Positions 34,619-47,933 of a stretch of DNA of 64,000 bases are shown piece by piece. Origin of the DNA: Anthoceros angustus. Taxonomy: Eukaryota > Plantae > Anthocerotophyta. The notes beneath the pieces are model-generated. The model was not told the DNA's origin, searched no databases, and saw only the letters and a program-made list of their open reading frames with translations. The stretch is from contig MU008159.1 in assembly GCA_010909165.1 (NCBI GenBank), forward strand, positions 1-64,000, given 5' to 3'. The stretch's first letter is position 1; the number at the start of each line of letters is the position of its first letter. Both the position numbers and the translations under genes were made by a program.

Positions 34619-34832
34619 TTTTCCTTCTCCTTGAGGCTTCAGGTTTCTTGTCATTCGATTTCTTATCGTCGGCCTTTTTTTTGTCGTCCCCCCTCTCTCC
34701 TCCGCCTTTTACTCCTCAGACCATATGTCGACTCCCTTATTGCCTTCTGTCAGAACGTCTTCTGCTTTCACTGTCTCACGGAAGCCGGTAATCTTGCGTT
34801 TGGGCCACTCGTACTTGACGTAATAGAGCTAC
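34619..34832 (-). pseudogene. Degenerate tandem copy of the last exon of the HMA gene at 34879-35828
   Basis: Matches 34866-35129 (aagtacgagtggcccaaacgcaagattacc, gtcgacatatgg) but has an in-frame TAA and indels. Confidence 0.85.
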
Positions 34833-34878
34833 CTAGTTCTAAGCCGATTTCTCTGGATCGGAAGCTTTTCCCTTCTCT

Positions 34879-35828
34879 TCAGGCTTCTTGCCTTCCGGTT
34901 TCGGCCTTTTTGTCGTCCCCCTTTTTCTCCTCCGGTTTTTTCTCCTCCGGTTTTTTCTCCTCCGGTTTTTTCTCCTCCGCCTTTTTCTCCTCCGCCTTTT
35001 TCTCCTCAGGCCATATGTCGACTCGCCTCTTTCCCTTATTGCATTTTTTCAGAACGTCTTCTGCTTTCACAGTCTCACTGGTGATGGTAATCTTGCGTTT
35101 GGGCCACTCGTACTTGATGCCATCAATCCCTGTGCAAGCGCCAGTGTGTGGTATGGTGAGCTAAGGGGCTGGGACAGGACACAAGACAGAATATACAAAA
35201 CACAAGAACACGAGGCAGAGCGCAGCGCCCACCTGCAAAGTTAGTGATGACCCTCCTCACTTTCCTGTCACATCCTTCGCAGCAGATGTTGATCTTGAGC
35301 TCCACTGTCTGCCAATGGAAGGAAGGGCCCAAGCACAAGATGGTGGTGAGTAGGCGTGCAACAAACAGAAGGCACGAGACTGCAATGACCTGGTGAGGGA
35401 GTGTCCAACCTTGGGGGGAGGGGGATCCTTGGGCTTTTCATCCTCCTTGGGTTTTTCGCCGTCCTTGGGCTTGTCCCCTTCCTTCGCCTTCTCGCCTTCT
35501 TTGGGCTTGTCTCCCTCCTTAGGCTTGTCCCCATCCTTGGGCTTGTCTCCACCTTCCTTCGGTTTGTCGCCATCTTTGGGCTTGTCTCCTTCCTTTGGTT
35601 TCTCTCCTTCCTTGCCTTTCTCCCCTTCCTTCGATTTCTCGCCTTCCTTCGACTTGTCGGGCTCGGGCGGGGGATCCTTGTATCTCGTGGGCCATGTGTG
35701 CTCTCGGGTACCGTAGAAAAACTGCACATCATCAAGTCCAGTGAGATTACGAGGAAGTATTATGAATCGTAGCTCAAGCCAGCGGGGGCACTCACCTCGT
35801 TCATGAGCCAATCCATGGAATCAGCCAT
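34879..35828 (-). CDS. Heavy-metal-associated (HMA) domain protein, no CaaX, with K/E/G/D/P repeat linker
   Basis: Exons 35828-35796, 35721-35410, 35308-35233, 35129-34879 with GT-AG introns give MADSMDWLMNE|FFYG..(KEG[DE]KP)n..PK|TVELKINICCEGCDRKVRRVITNFAG|IDGIKYEWPKRKITIT..EDVLKK..IWPEEKK. Confidence 0.88.
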
Positions 35829-36025
35829 CGCTGTGGTGGAAGCTGGAAGAAATTGGGGCAGGGGCAGGGGCAGGGGCAGGGGCAGGAGCAGGCGGGCGAG
35901 GGTGCGAATTCGGACAACCGCTGGTGCTGATGCTGGTGCCGGTGCAAGGAGGGTAGAGCAGCAGAGATGGGGAAGAGAGTTGGTTGGTGGTGACTCGTGA
36001 GTGAGCCTGATGGCGAGGTCAAGTC

Positions 36026-36681
36026 ATGAGTGGGTCAAGGAAAGTGAGACGTGAAGAATGCGAGAAGCAGAGAAAGCTTGCTTGCTCCCTAGGCCTCCTC
36101 CTCATCGTCCTTCTCAGATTGTGGGCCCACGACGAACAAGACGGGCAGGAGCAGGAACAGCAAGCAGTGCAGCTTCAACAGTCCAGGTCTGGGCCCGGTC
36201 ATCTGGGCCCCGCTGCCCCCTTCAAGCGTATGGACTCCGTTCATAGACATGCATTGCAAAGGCTCAGCACACAGTGATGGCCTAGCTCGTGCACTGCGGA
36301 CTGCATTTGCAATGCAGTGCGTGTAAGGATCCGTTGGAAGCAGCACGGTATCACATCACATCGCACACATGCTGCGATTGCACAATTGCGCATTGCTAGC
36401 TCGCTCAGGTGGAGTAGTACGCTGCCACAAACATGAAGCCACCCAGTCCAGCCGGATCCGGCGGGCCCGACTCCAACGGAAACCCAACGGACGGACGCCT
36501 CGAGCCAGCCACACACAGCCAGCCATTCGTGTGTTCCAGCTCACAGCTGTGCAGGCCCCGTGACCTTGTCTATCTCGAGTGTCAAGTACCAGCCACAACT
36601 GTAACCTATGATGGGTGTTGCATATTGCAAAATGGCAATGGCATCATGTGGACCAAGAGCGGTTCCACCGTGCACGGATGA
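36026..36681 (+). other. Possible small secreted or membrane protein gene, structure unresolved
   Basis: ATG ORF 36026-36277 has a hydrophobic stretch LACSLGLLLIVLLRLWA; a Cys-rich ORF follows at 36433-36681; GT/AG signals lie between, but I found no convincing splice path. Confidence 0.25.
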
Positions 36682-36896
36682 CAACTGACGACGGTACTAG
36701 TCTACGAAAATCTCTAAGTAGCCAACACCGAGAACATCAGGCCGACAACACGCGTCAAACCAACAACGACGCAAGAGCAGCACGACATACATACTACGTG
36801 AAACCCAATGTCAAGCCCAAATCAGACGCATGATGTAGTTAGTATGAGAGAGTATCTCCTTGTGTATCCATGGAGGCAAGTCTTGCTTGCTAGGGA

Positions 36897-37991
36897 CTAA
36901 CTCGCTACTCGCTCGCAGCGACACCAGTAGGCCACCCCGCCACCTCGACCCTTGGCCACAATTATCTCATCATCCGCGTAGAACCATATGAAAAAAGGAT
37001 CTTTCTGCGTGGGCACCCGCAGTGTCTCCTCCTCTTTGCTCATCTTCACGCTGAAGGGCCCCAGACTTCCAATCTTGAAGCTCAAGGTCGTGAAGGTGAA
37101 AGCCAAAATTCGCCCCTTCCACGAAAACTTGCCTTGAAAGGCCACATATCCCAGCGCTCCCAGATACACGCCGTTCTCGATCCGATTGTCCTGCCGGGTA
37201 GGGGCACGTCCAACCCAGTCGGAATTTGTCTTGAATGGACAAACTAAAATCACTCTCCCTTACCAACGTTGTATAAACTAGGTACTCACAGCTGCATCGA
37301 AATTTTGCACCGCCGTGACGGGCACATACTGGCCTCCTCCAGCTCCGCCCTTGAGAGCCTCACGCACCTACGTCAGGTGAGGGCACATTGCATTACATTC
37401 CATTCCGTTCCGTTTGTGTCCATTTGCAAGTCACTCGCTCACATGGACGTACCACTTTTGCTCCACTTGTGAAAACTAGCATCCATGTTCTGCCCGGGGA
37501 CTCTGTTCCACCTATGTAGGCAAGGAAGGTGGACGGATCCAGTTTGGCCTTTTCCAGAGTGCGAATCGCAGCGAATACCTCCTCGCCAGCCACTTTCCTT
37601 GTTTTCGCTGCCTGCTTCAAAAGAGCCACGCTTTGCCTTACACGCTCCTCCTCCAGCTGGCTCAACTTCGGACTGCCGCTGGTTTCTACACCTTCTTCTG
37701 CATAACAACAAGAGGGAACGTCACACTGGTACACATGGGGGTTGAGGGGGCGGGCTATGTACCTGTCGCCGCATCCGAATCCGCTGTCACCCATACTGCC
37801 ATCCATCTCTTCGTCTTCACACCCTGCCACCTAACCGTAGTCATCCCTTGCCCACAAAGCAGCTTCCGTGAGTAGCGGCATCGTGGCGGTTGAGCCGGGG
37901 ATGCCCAGCGTCTCGCGTCCAGAATTTTCCTCGAGGTAGTGGCCCGACAATGCAGTTGAGCGCATGAGGAGCATTTGGCCACTACCTCCAT
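36897..37991 (-). CDS. At1g18060-like plastid protein (fibrillin-like), 4 exons
   Basis: Transit-peptide-like exon 37991-37763; exon 37697-37453 with LLKQAAKTRKV..EKAKLDPSTFL..GGTESPGRTWMLVFT; YVPVTAVQNFDAA; last exon RIENGVYLG..KDPFFIWFY..AKGRGGGVAYWCRC. These motifs match my recollection of the Arabidopsis protein. Confidence 0.85.
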
Positions 37992-38186
37992 CGCATATGC
38001 CAATCGGAATTCCAAGCAGTCCACAAGGCACGGGATGTTACAGAGTGACATACATCTCGGGCGATGGGGCCAGGCCAGGCCGGGCCGGGCCCGGCCCTTG
38101 TGCCCTTTTCCAATTTTGCAAAATATTCTGCTCCTTATCTGTACATTTCCCCCCCCCTCGCCTAGGCTAAAGCCGCTCATGTAACA

Positions 38187-41100
38187 TCAAAACCATGCCA
38201 TCCACCAGATGTACATCTTCTCCAAATTTTCATGCGAAACAGCCTCGCTGATCAGTCGATGCGCCTGGCCTTCGACGGACAATGGCAACGACGGGGCCGC
38301 TCCGACGCCCACGACAACTCCTTGTAGCCGAGCTTCAATGTTGGATATGGCACGCTGAATACAAACACATGACACAAACAAATAAACCTCGAGTCCACCT
38401 CGACATGCACCATCCGAACTTTGCACTAAAACTACCTGCGCGTGAGGGTTCTGAACCTCCACTCCACTCGATTTGTGCATTTTTGTCCACTCCACCAGAG
38501 GATCGTGGATGAAGGTTTCCAACACACTCATTAGAGTTTCCCGGTGAGCCCTGAGGATACACAGTGTGGTTTCACAAGTTCGGGTAAAAGTCCCCTCATA
38601 CCCAGTGATTCCCAATCCGTCTACCATGTTCTGCAGAACCAGGAAAACATCGTCAAACTGGCAATGCCCTGCTCAAGCTAGCAAAACAAAACTCAAACAT
38701 CCATCAACCTCCTCACAAAATGCAATTTACATACCTGTGTCAACCTGAAAGGAACCAGCTCTGGCTTCTCAAGTGTCAAACCTTTGTCAAACAGACAGCT
38801 GAAGTCCACATGCACGCAGTCCCCCGTCATGGAGTCAAACAGAATGTTCTCACCGTGCCTATCACCAAGCCCTAAGATGTGGCCAACCATCGACCACACT
38901 GCACTAGTGTGAGCATATGCAATCCGCGCACGGAACCAGGCTGCAGGCTCTGGAAAGGTATTCAAGAACCAACGGTGAAAGATAGGTGGGAACAAGGGCA
39001 AAATTTTCGTTCGCAACATCTCTCCACCAGCTTTTTGCCCCAGATGCTGATCGTATATCTGCTTGATGCTGTTATTTGTAGACTTGCGGTCGAAATTCCC
39101 TGCTGCCACATACAAGTCCTGCAATATGTGCCGCAGCCCTCGAGTGTGTAGAACCCACTCAATCATTCCGCTTTCCTCGGTAAGCGGAATCACAGCGAAG
39201 GTTCGAATGTATAACTTCCTTTTCCTACTTTTTGGATCTTTAGAGAGTAAACGATTTATCATCGTCGTGAACTCCATCATACGTGCATCCTTGCGGAGGT
39301 CATCCTTGGGTTTGCAAAGAAAGGGGTGCTCTATGCCATCACTAGACACAAGCACCACCTGCACACCAACCAGTATGAGAGAATTAACTTTGCATGAAAA
39401 GCAACAGCGTGAGAGTGTGCCTAGGCCCAGGGTCTTACCTTCTTGGGCCGTTGTAACGAAGCCAGAACTTCCACTTCATCCTTGATGCCGTGAATGGTAG
39501 AGTTTTCCAACACCGAGAATGGATTGAAGGTGTTATTAGTGAGGCCATCTGCTGGCAGGGCGACGGTCAATGCCTGCTGAACAGGCATGATCACTCTAAC
39601 AGGCATCATTCTCTTCAACGTGCCAAAATCTGTTGCAATGCTGAGATACTTGGCCTTGGGATGCCCACCATAGAAGCAGAGCTTGATCATATGCTCGATA
39701 AAGAGTGTGAACTGTGTAAAAAGTAGCTTGTCAGATTCCCCACTTGCTGCTAGTTTAAGGACTTCAGCAGCCGCCTCACGTCTCGCTTGGACTGTGGACT
39801 TGGACACGGCAGCCATGGTCCATAGGGCCTGCTGGGGATGAGCTCGAATTACTGTGGTGATCATTACTTTCACCAGCTTCACAACGTCATCATTTGGATG
39901 GCCTATTCTTGAGACCAGCTGTGAGAGTGCGGTAAGCCATTGATAGGAAGGAAGCTCCTTCAAGCAGCCCCTCATAATATTCATCAACTGCAATCAAAAT
40001 ACTGTCAAGGCTAAGGCAGGCCCTTTATATCACAGCTACAAACAAATCCAGGTGACATAAAGGTCTCTGGGAAGCATTTGTACTTACTTTTACATGTGCT
40101 GTCTTGACACCCTTGACAGATGTCCAAGTGTCATCCCGATATACACTTCCAAATTCAAACCACAAGGTCAGCAAACGAGGCAAAGCTTGGAAGAGGCGTC
40201 TGTGGCCCCTATGTAGAGCTTTGGCGTAATAAAGAATGGCATCTGAAAGGTAAGTCCACCATGGTTTGTCATCAGCTACAACACTGGATGATGCCTTCTG
40301 CCGTTGATTAGCAGCTCCAATGAGGTTGACATTGGTGTCCTGACCTTCTTCCTGCCTTCTGCGAGCATCCACGAGTAAATCATCATAGTACTTGGCAACA
40401 TAGAAGAACCCTTTCTCCCACCTTGGCTGAAGTTCCCTGACGTTATAAAACAACTTTAGGATTTCCTCTTTATGCTTTTGCCCTGTATGATGACCCCATC
40501 GTGCAAGCAGGAGCAGTGTCTTGGCCGCATTACGATGTTCATCTCTCCTGAGTTGACTAGCATCCATAGAAGTCATCGACCTCTTGGCTTCTGCTGGTTT
40601 AGGCAGCTTCATTACTTGGCCAGTCTCAGACACGCTGGTGCCCGCAGCAGCACTTACCTTCTCAAGATACGCAGGTGGGATGGCCTGCTGGAGTTCAAGT
40701 ATTGCTCGATGGCCCTTCTGCGTGTTCCACAGCAGCTTGGCCATCTCCATATGTACATTTGCAGCCCCAGCTGATTGTGCCTCCAGAATGGCACACCTAG
40801 CTGTTTCGTAATGGCCTGCAGTACGACAAAGTTTGGCATATTGGAGCCAACAAGTGCCAACCTCAGAAGGCATATCAATAGCCCTGAATACAAGCCTTCT
40901 TAAAGCCAAGATAGGTTCTCTTGTCCACAAGGATTGTTGAGTCAGCTGCAACCTATCTTCCCAATGTGCAATTACATTTAGAATCGTGAAGTCAGTATTA
41001 TACCTATCTCTGCTCTCTTCTCTGCTATTTCCATCCTGGCCGGTCAGGGCACTGAAATCCTCCAATTCTTTTAGCATATGCAGCTTTACAATGAGAGGAT

Positions 41101-44100
41101 ATGCACGGGTGTATGATTCCATGCTTGCAGCTGCCAGAGGTGCAAGAAGAGACTGCCTGCACTGTGCCAACCTTTCAAGAAATGCTACCTGATCACCTTT
41201 CTGAAGAGCTTGCAATATTCTAGCTAAGCTTATGTCAAAAGCGGTGTTGCTATCTGCAGGAGCAGATAAGGGCCCATCTATGTCAGCACCTTCTACATAT
41301 TCGTCCAGCAGATTCCACTGACCAAGTCGCCATGCTGCTTGCACACCTCGGGAGCTCCAATCCTTAGTATTATCGGGTAGTCTCAAAACAAGTCCATCAA
41401 CATGAGTCACTAAAGCTCGAAGATGACCCATGTTCAACAAGCAGTTTAGAACTCCACAGTGCCTTGGGACACTGGTGGGCTCCAGCTGCAAAGCCTGTTC
41501 ACAACATGTTAGTGCTTCAGCCCAGTTACCTGCTTTTTCATTGATTAGGATCTGGTCCTGCAAGCTCATCGACTTTCTCAATCTAGAGAGCCCAGTAAGC
41601 CCATCAGGCTCATCTAGACCACTATAAATCTCAAGCAGAAGAGTTAGATCCTCATCTTTGAAATCCCCATTGATCCCTGCAGCAGGGTTCAACGCTCCTG
41701 AACTTGCCCTGATGTGTGACTCAAAGTACAACAAAGCCCGTGCATAAGCCTGACATCTGAATGAGGCCCCAGCAAGAGCCTGCTTAGGGATTGCATCCAA
41801 CAGCTCTGCTGCATGCTTGTGCTGCAGTGATAGATCAACTTGTGGCCGATCATGCATATGGGCATGAGGTCCTCCACCTTTAATAACCTGGGTGGCGGGG
41901 CTACTTACTATTTTACTATCATCCAGCCATTGTCCTAAATTGTCCAGTAACGCAAACACTGATTGTGTGCTCATCTCACTAGGCCCAGACCAGCTCCGCG
42001 AGACATTACCAACAGGCACACCCAGGGGGGTGATAGAGCCAGTGTTGGAGGAGTCTGCTTTTGCAAGTACCGCAAGAATTTCTTTTGTCACAGAGTCTCG
42101 TGCCTCAGTTGAGCCATAACATATCACATTCAGAACCAGATAAGGAAGAAGGTAAAGGGCAGTACCCATATCATGCCTAACTACACCTCGGCAAGCAAAA
42201 AATATGAAGGCTCTTGAACCTGTGGCTTGTGAAACCAGCCTTCTGATCCACAAGTATATCCACCTCCTAAACGACAGCCCCGAGCCAAAAATTGGACCAT
42301 CAGGGATGGCTGCACCTGAATCTTTCAAATGGTACTTTGATGTAAGGCAAGGAGTGATGATTTCTTTCACATCCTCTGAGAACCTTCTCCAAAGCTGTTC
42401 ACCAGCCTCAGTGGAAGAGACATTGTCGAATGACATGCTTGGGGTCCTTTTCGACGCTTCCAGGACCTCGGACTTGTTCGATTTTGACTTTGCCTTTGAC
42501 CCTGATGGCCGAGTTAGGCGTCCTCCAAGCAGGTCTGCACGACACCCACTATACTTCAAGAGCTCCTGTATTGCAAGAGCTGCTGCATCCTGCACATCCG
42601 TATCACCTGCAGCTCTGAGTATCTTCGCAAGGTGCTCATTGATCAATTCAAAGACAAGATCTTCATCACTTCTCTCAATGCTTGATCGATGTCGAAGATC
42701 CACATGTAATTTTGCAGGGTCAATAGCCCCAAGTTCCCCCAGACATTCAGCACATGCCATTTTTAACCTCTGACTCATGACAGTCCGTGATTCCTCAGCA
42801 CATCCACGCAGAAGGGCAGTAGTTAAGTTGTTGATTACAGTGGCATCCAATGACATCTCACCTAATATCATGGATGTAATATCCTTCCTCTTTGTCCGCA
42901 TCCACTTGCTTAGCTCCCTGGCCGTAGTGTAACGGACACTCAAGCTTTCATGGCCAAGCCCATCTGCTGCTTGCTGCAGCTGATCCCGCAAGCTCAAAAG
43001 GCCCCTCGCCTCATGCAGCACATCATTCACCTTTGCCAGCTTCGGATGACTCGGTAGGAGAGGCAATTCACGAATCTGGTCATCCAACACTGTCCTGTTT
43101 CTTATTATCAGTTCCTCTAGAACACAAACAACAGCACTCAGATTTGGAGTTTCCTCCTCCAAATGAGCCTCCAAGCATGCCATCAGCGCTACTACGATCT
43201 GACTGGCTATGTGCTTCAAAGCTGTTGGGGCTACACGCGCAAGAGTTTGTACAAAAAATAGCCAAACAGTCAACCCATCTGATTGCAAAGATCTTTCTTG
43301 CAGAGCACGAGTCAGTAGTGCCATAATCTTTGGCACAAAGGCACTGAGATGCTGTCCAATCATGTCCAGGAGACGCTCAATGCATCTCAATGCCTGCTTT
43401 TGAGACGTTAGATCATTAGCTCGTAGCAATTTCCGATCAATGCTGTTCAAGAGGCCAACAAAGTGTGTCCTCAAAAAGCTAGGTAGATCATCTGATCCTG
43501 TGACAATGCTAGCAACTTCTTGTATCATGGGCGCCACCCGTGCAGACCTGAAACCAGCCGTTGACGCATCAGCAAACCCACCTCAAACAGAATAAGAGTA
43601 GCAACAATGCAGGAAGTTACACACCTCTTCAACGCATCTCCAGTATCAACATCGCCAAGAAACCGAACAAGCTCATCTAGGAGCGCTGGCAAGACAGCTG
43701 CAAAAAGGTCTCGTGTTTCGGAGCCTGTTTGCGCTTCATAGAACTGCAAAGCTGCTAGGAGCTCATTCCCATCAGCTCGTAAGAGTAGGACTGATAGAAT
43801 TTGGTGACAGAACTCCACTAAAAGCAACGGTAACTGAGTATCTCGAAGTCTTGAGAGTTCATGCAATATGCAAAGAGCTTGTGGATTATGCTGCTGCTCC
43901 AGAATGAGCTTAGGAAGAACAACAGGTATTATCTGAGTCAAAAATTCAGATGTTTCCATAGACATAACTGCCTCAGACACCTGTGTGAGCATTGATGGGC
44001 GAGTAATGAGTCGCTTACAAAGATACTCAAAAAGCTCTTCCTGGACACTGCCCACCATTAACTGCACAGCTGGAGACTTTGCTGCAGGCCATCCAACAGC

Positions 44101-47100
44101 AGCAATTTTGTGGAGAAGCCTCACGCTCGCCACCTGAACTGACACAGTTGCACTATCCACATGTTCTACGAGCAACACAAGAGAGAAGAAAAGCAACTGT
44201 CGACGATGTCGAGCCGCTTGGGCAACTTCAGCGACTGATTCCAGTAAGGTCTCAATAACAGCAGGATTGTTGGACACATCCAGGGCATGCTTCAATTTCC
44301 CAAGCATTTGAAGGTCTCTATTGCTGGTATTGCTGTCATCTGAACAGCCAAAAATCCCTTCCAGCACTTTATCTTCAGTGAAACAACGCATCTGGACACT
44401 AAATGCTTCTCTAACAGCCCTATGATCATGCAAAGGCAGGACATCCAGACACTTCAACCAGTCAGCTCTTGTCAGCTCCAGCTCAGCAATACTCATGTGA
44501 CGCAAGTTGCGTGACATACTTTCTACAAAGGCCACCTGCACATTTTCTGAAGTCTCCTGGAGAAGAAGCTGTTCAAAGCATGATCGCCACAAATCCAAGG
44601 CAAACAGACAAGCTTGGCCCTTAACAATGAAAGACTTATCCATATCAGGAGAGCTGGGAGCATCTGCACTCGTTTTCATGCTTGAATGATCCCCAGCTTC
44701 CCAGATTGGACAGAAGCAGCTCGACTGATGGAGGGACGGCGCTCCCCATGTTTCCTGTTTCACATAACGACAGTAGCATGCACAAACAACTAGCCCAATG
44801 GTTTCTGCCACAGCGTATCGAACTTGTTCAGCCCCATCCATTCTCAAACCACTGCACACAGAAATTCAAGTGTCAGTGTGCAGAAAATGAACTTGAGCGT
44901 GAAAAGGCATATGGTGGGATTGTAGCTTGGAGCTTACCAGAATTGTGTACAAAAGTCTCGGATGTTTTCAGGTGAGGACCAGGCAGCCAATTGAGGAACA
45001 GTTCTAACAGCTGCAGCTCGGACAGCAACATCATCATCCATGAACGCATGTTCAAGAACAATTTTAACACCAACAGCATCTGTCTGTGAAGCTAGCTTTA
45101 CTGCTATGCTCAAAGCTCGACACTTCATCCGACTTGTGGATTCTGTCCTTGTCATTGGCGAAATTGACCAGGGTAGTACCACGACATCCAGGATGGCACT
45201 TTCACTAAGTGAGCACTGATTCAGGAAGTTAAGGTTGTCCCGGCTAGAGGAAGCTGAGACAGGTTGCATGTCTGGCCTGCCAGAAGTCCCTGGATGTACT
45301 GAAAAGATTTGAAGCACAGCCACAGGATCAGCATCTAAGTAAGATTCCTAATCCTCCACTCATGTATTATAGCACCACGTTTAAGCACCTTCTTTACCTT
45401 GACCTGAGATCAGCTTTTCAGTGGCTTCAAGAAACATTGACAGTTGTGCCACAGTCAGAGTCCCTTCCTGTTCCTCGTGTGAGTCCATACCAATTCACAC
45501 TATTATTCACCTGTAAACTTTTTGAACCGGAGAACAAAACACTGCTTCAAGAGCCAAAATAATGTGTAGAGGTACCTTGTCCAGCAGCCAGGAAATCCAT
45601 TTCTGCAATTGCTGCACCAGAGCATTGCTACAAGCTGCACCAGGGAAATGTGAGCAAACACGAGCGAGGGTTGACAAGGCTGCCAGCCTATTGTCAATGT
45701 TGTGGCTTGTCAGAGGTGGTTCTAATTCCGCTATAGTCTTCAAGAGCAACCTGTGGAAGTCCAGTTTCACCATCTTCCCTTCATTGTCTGGAAAAATTGC
45801 ATTGCTGACCTTGGAATGAAAATCAGCAGGGCCCACTGACATTGCTTTGCAATTAACGCTTTTGCACCTATGCAGCCCAGAACTCAACTTTTGACGTTTC
45901 AACAGTTTGTTATCCAGGTCCTTGACCTGCCATTTGCTGCAGTCGTCACAGAACTGTTGAAGATATCCAACGCATTGGGCTGCCTGGTTGGTGGCGGTAA
46001 TGCAATCTTCTTTTGAGACACAGTCAGTGACCACTTCGACCCCAAGAACTTCTACGGCCAGCTGAATACAGTGACTGAGACTCAGACATAGTTCTGGATT
46101 GAAAGCCAACTGTAGCAAAGACCCCAGGTGGTTGGCATACCAGGGACAATGCTTAAGGATGACACAGAAGGTTTCAGATAGGGCCACCTGAGACAAATCA
46201 GCACAGGCGTTCCAGTCAGTTGCCTGCGAATGTATACACACGTCTGTATAACCCCATACGAGGCTTACCCTTAACTCACTGCTTGTTGTCCTGCTAATTG
46301 CACTTGGGAAGACCTCCATGAACGTTTGCGCTGTGCACTCAATGACATCAGCTTGACTTGTTGAATAAAGGGAAACCAGGCAGGAGGCAAGGGCTGAATC
46401 ATAGGTGTTGTTCCTGGAATGAGACAACAGTGATGTCCATTATGCACAAGAGATCTGACCAAATCAAAGCGGGAGTCCTCATCCAAATACCTTCAGCACC
46501 ATTTGACGTATTTCTAACATCTAGACATGAACACTACATTTTGAGGGAACCAGTCAAGCACCAGGTCACAAACGAGCAAACATACCTGAATGGTAGCAAC
46601 ATGCCAGCACTTTCAACCAGTAAAGACAACAGGGACATAATAAGTTTGTCACTTGGTATCAGCTCAGGGTCCATGACGGAAGCTGCCGCCCGGACAAGTT
46701 CGAAAGATGCCTTCCGAGCACACGAAAGTCAGGCACATGCGTAGTCGCAGTTGGATCATGGCACCAAGAGAGGAAGCAAATGACTGATTTTGTCCCACAT
46801 ACCTTGTGCAGGTCAGAATCACCGTAGCACAGCAGGATACCAACAGCCTCCAAGAAGGTGAAGGTAAGTAGACCTTCGACGAGAAGGGCTCCCTCACCAA
46901 GGCAATGGCTTATTAGCCTCAACGTCCATGAGGCAAGCGGAAGCCAGTGACTGTCTCCTGTAACATTAATGAGAAGTCCATGGCCCTGAGGTGGCGTCCA
47001 CTGTGATGGGAGCTGACATAGAGGAATCTTAACCGCAACATTGGTGTCGTAAACCATCTCATATGCTGCACTGTAGCATTGCAGAGGTAGAGACGTGGAC

Positions 47101-47884
47101 GAGGTGAAGTGCGTCGCAGATGAGAAAAAGGTGGCCACTGACACAAGATCTGTCCACCACCAGAAGTGCAGCTGTTGAAAAGGGCCGAGAATCCGTGAAA
47201 CCACAACATCCACAAGGCACAAGGCACAAGGCACGGCACGGAAGAAGGACTGAATTGGTACCTTGGACAAGCAGAAGTGCACCAGAAAAGAAGAGTCTGT
47301 ATATGTCTTTATCTCCATCGCGCAGGATGGACATTAGTGCGCAAAGGGTCTCAAAAAGCAGCGCATGAGTGGCACTGCGGATGACAAGGCGAACGGCATT
47401 GGTCCCCGGAAGATGTTGAGCTCCAGGAGGAAGCAAGTAGCGTACGCTGACGACAAGGAGAGGCAGGGGGAGGGGCACCTGATGGAGTGTTGGGACAGAA
47501 GAGGCACAATCCGACCCAAAATGGGGAGCACCCCATGCCCCTTGCCATGGTGGAAAACTGCAGGGTAGTGCGTGACGGTGTGGCAGAGGAGCTTGAGAAT
47601 GGCCATGGATTCCCGCTCCTTGACTGCACACACGTGGGTGACAAGGTAAGAGGACAGCGAAGGTGTGGGCACAATGGTGGCCAAGGCGGGCGCAACGCAA
47701 CACACACACGCACACACAAACCTTTGGAGGGCGCGAAGTATCCTTGCAGAAGAGTGGGAAGAATGGAGCGAAATCGAGCGACAACAGGGTCGTCATCATC
47801 CAGCTGCGTGCAGCCATGAGGCCCGTCATCCTTGCTCGCAATTCGATCCGCTAAGTCCTGAAGGAGAGCAGACAGGTTGGCCAT
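38187..47884 (-). CDS. ATR: Serine/threonine kinase ATR (PIKK family), multi-exon
   Basis: N-terminus MANLSALLQDLADRIA..ARFRSILPTLL; UME/FAT region in the 3.5-kb ORF 40025-43537 (CQAYARALLYFE); kinase FLCKPKDDLRKDARMMEF, LGLGDRHGENILFD..HVDFSCLFDKG; FATC end NLEKMYIWWMAWF. Confidence 0.97.
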
Positions 47885-47933
47885 GCGCGGCCTCATGGTG
47901 TTGTGGTGACGTGCGCAGGAAGGCACGGCGGGA

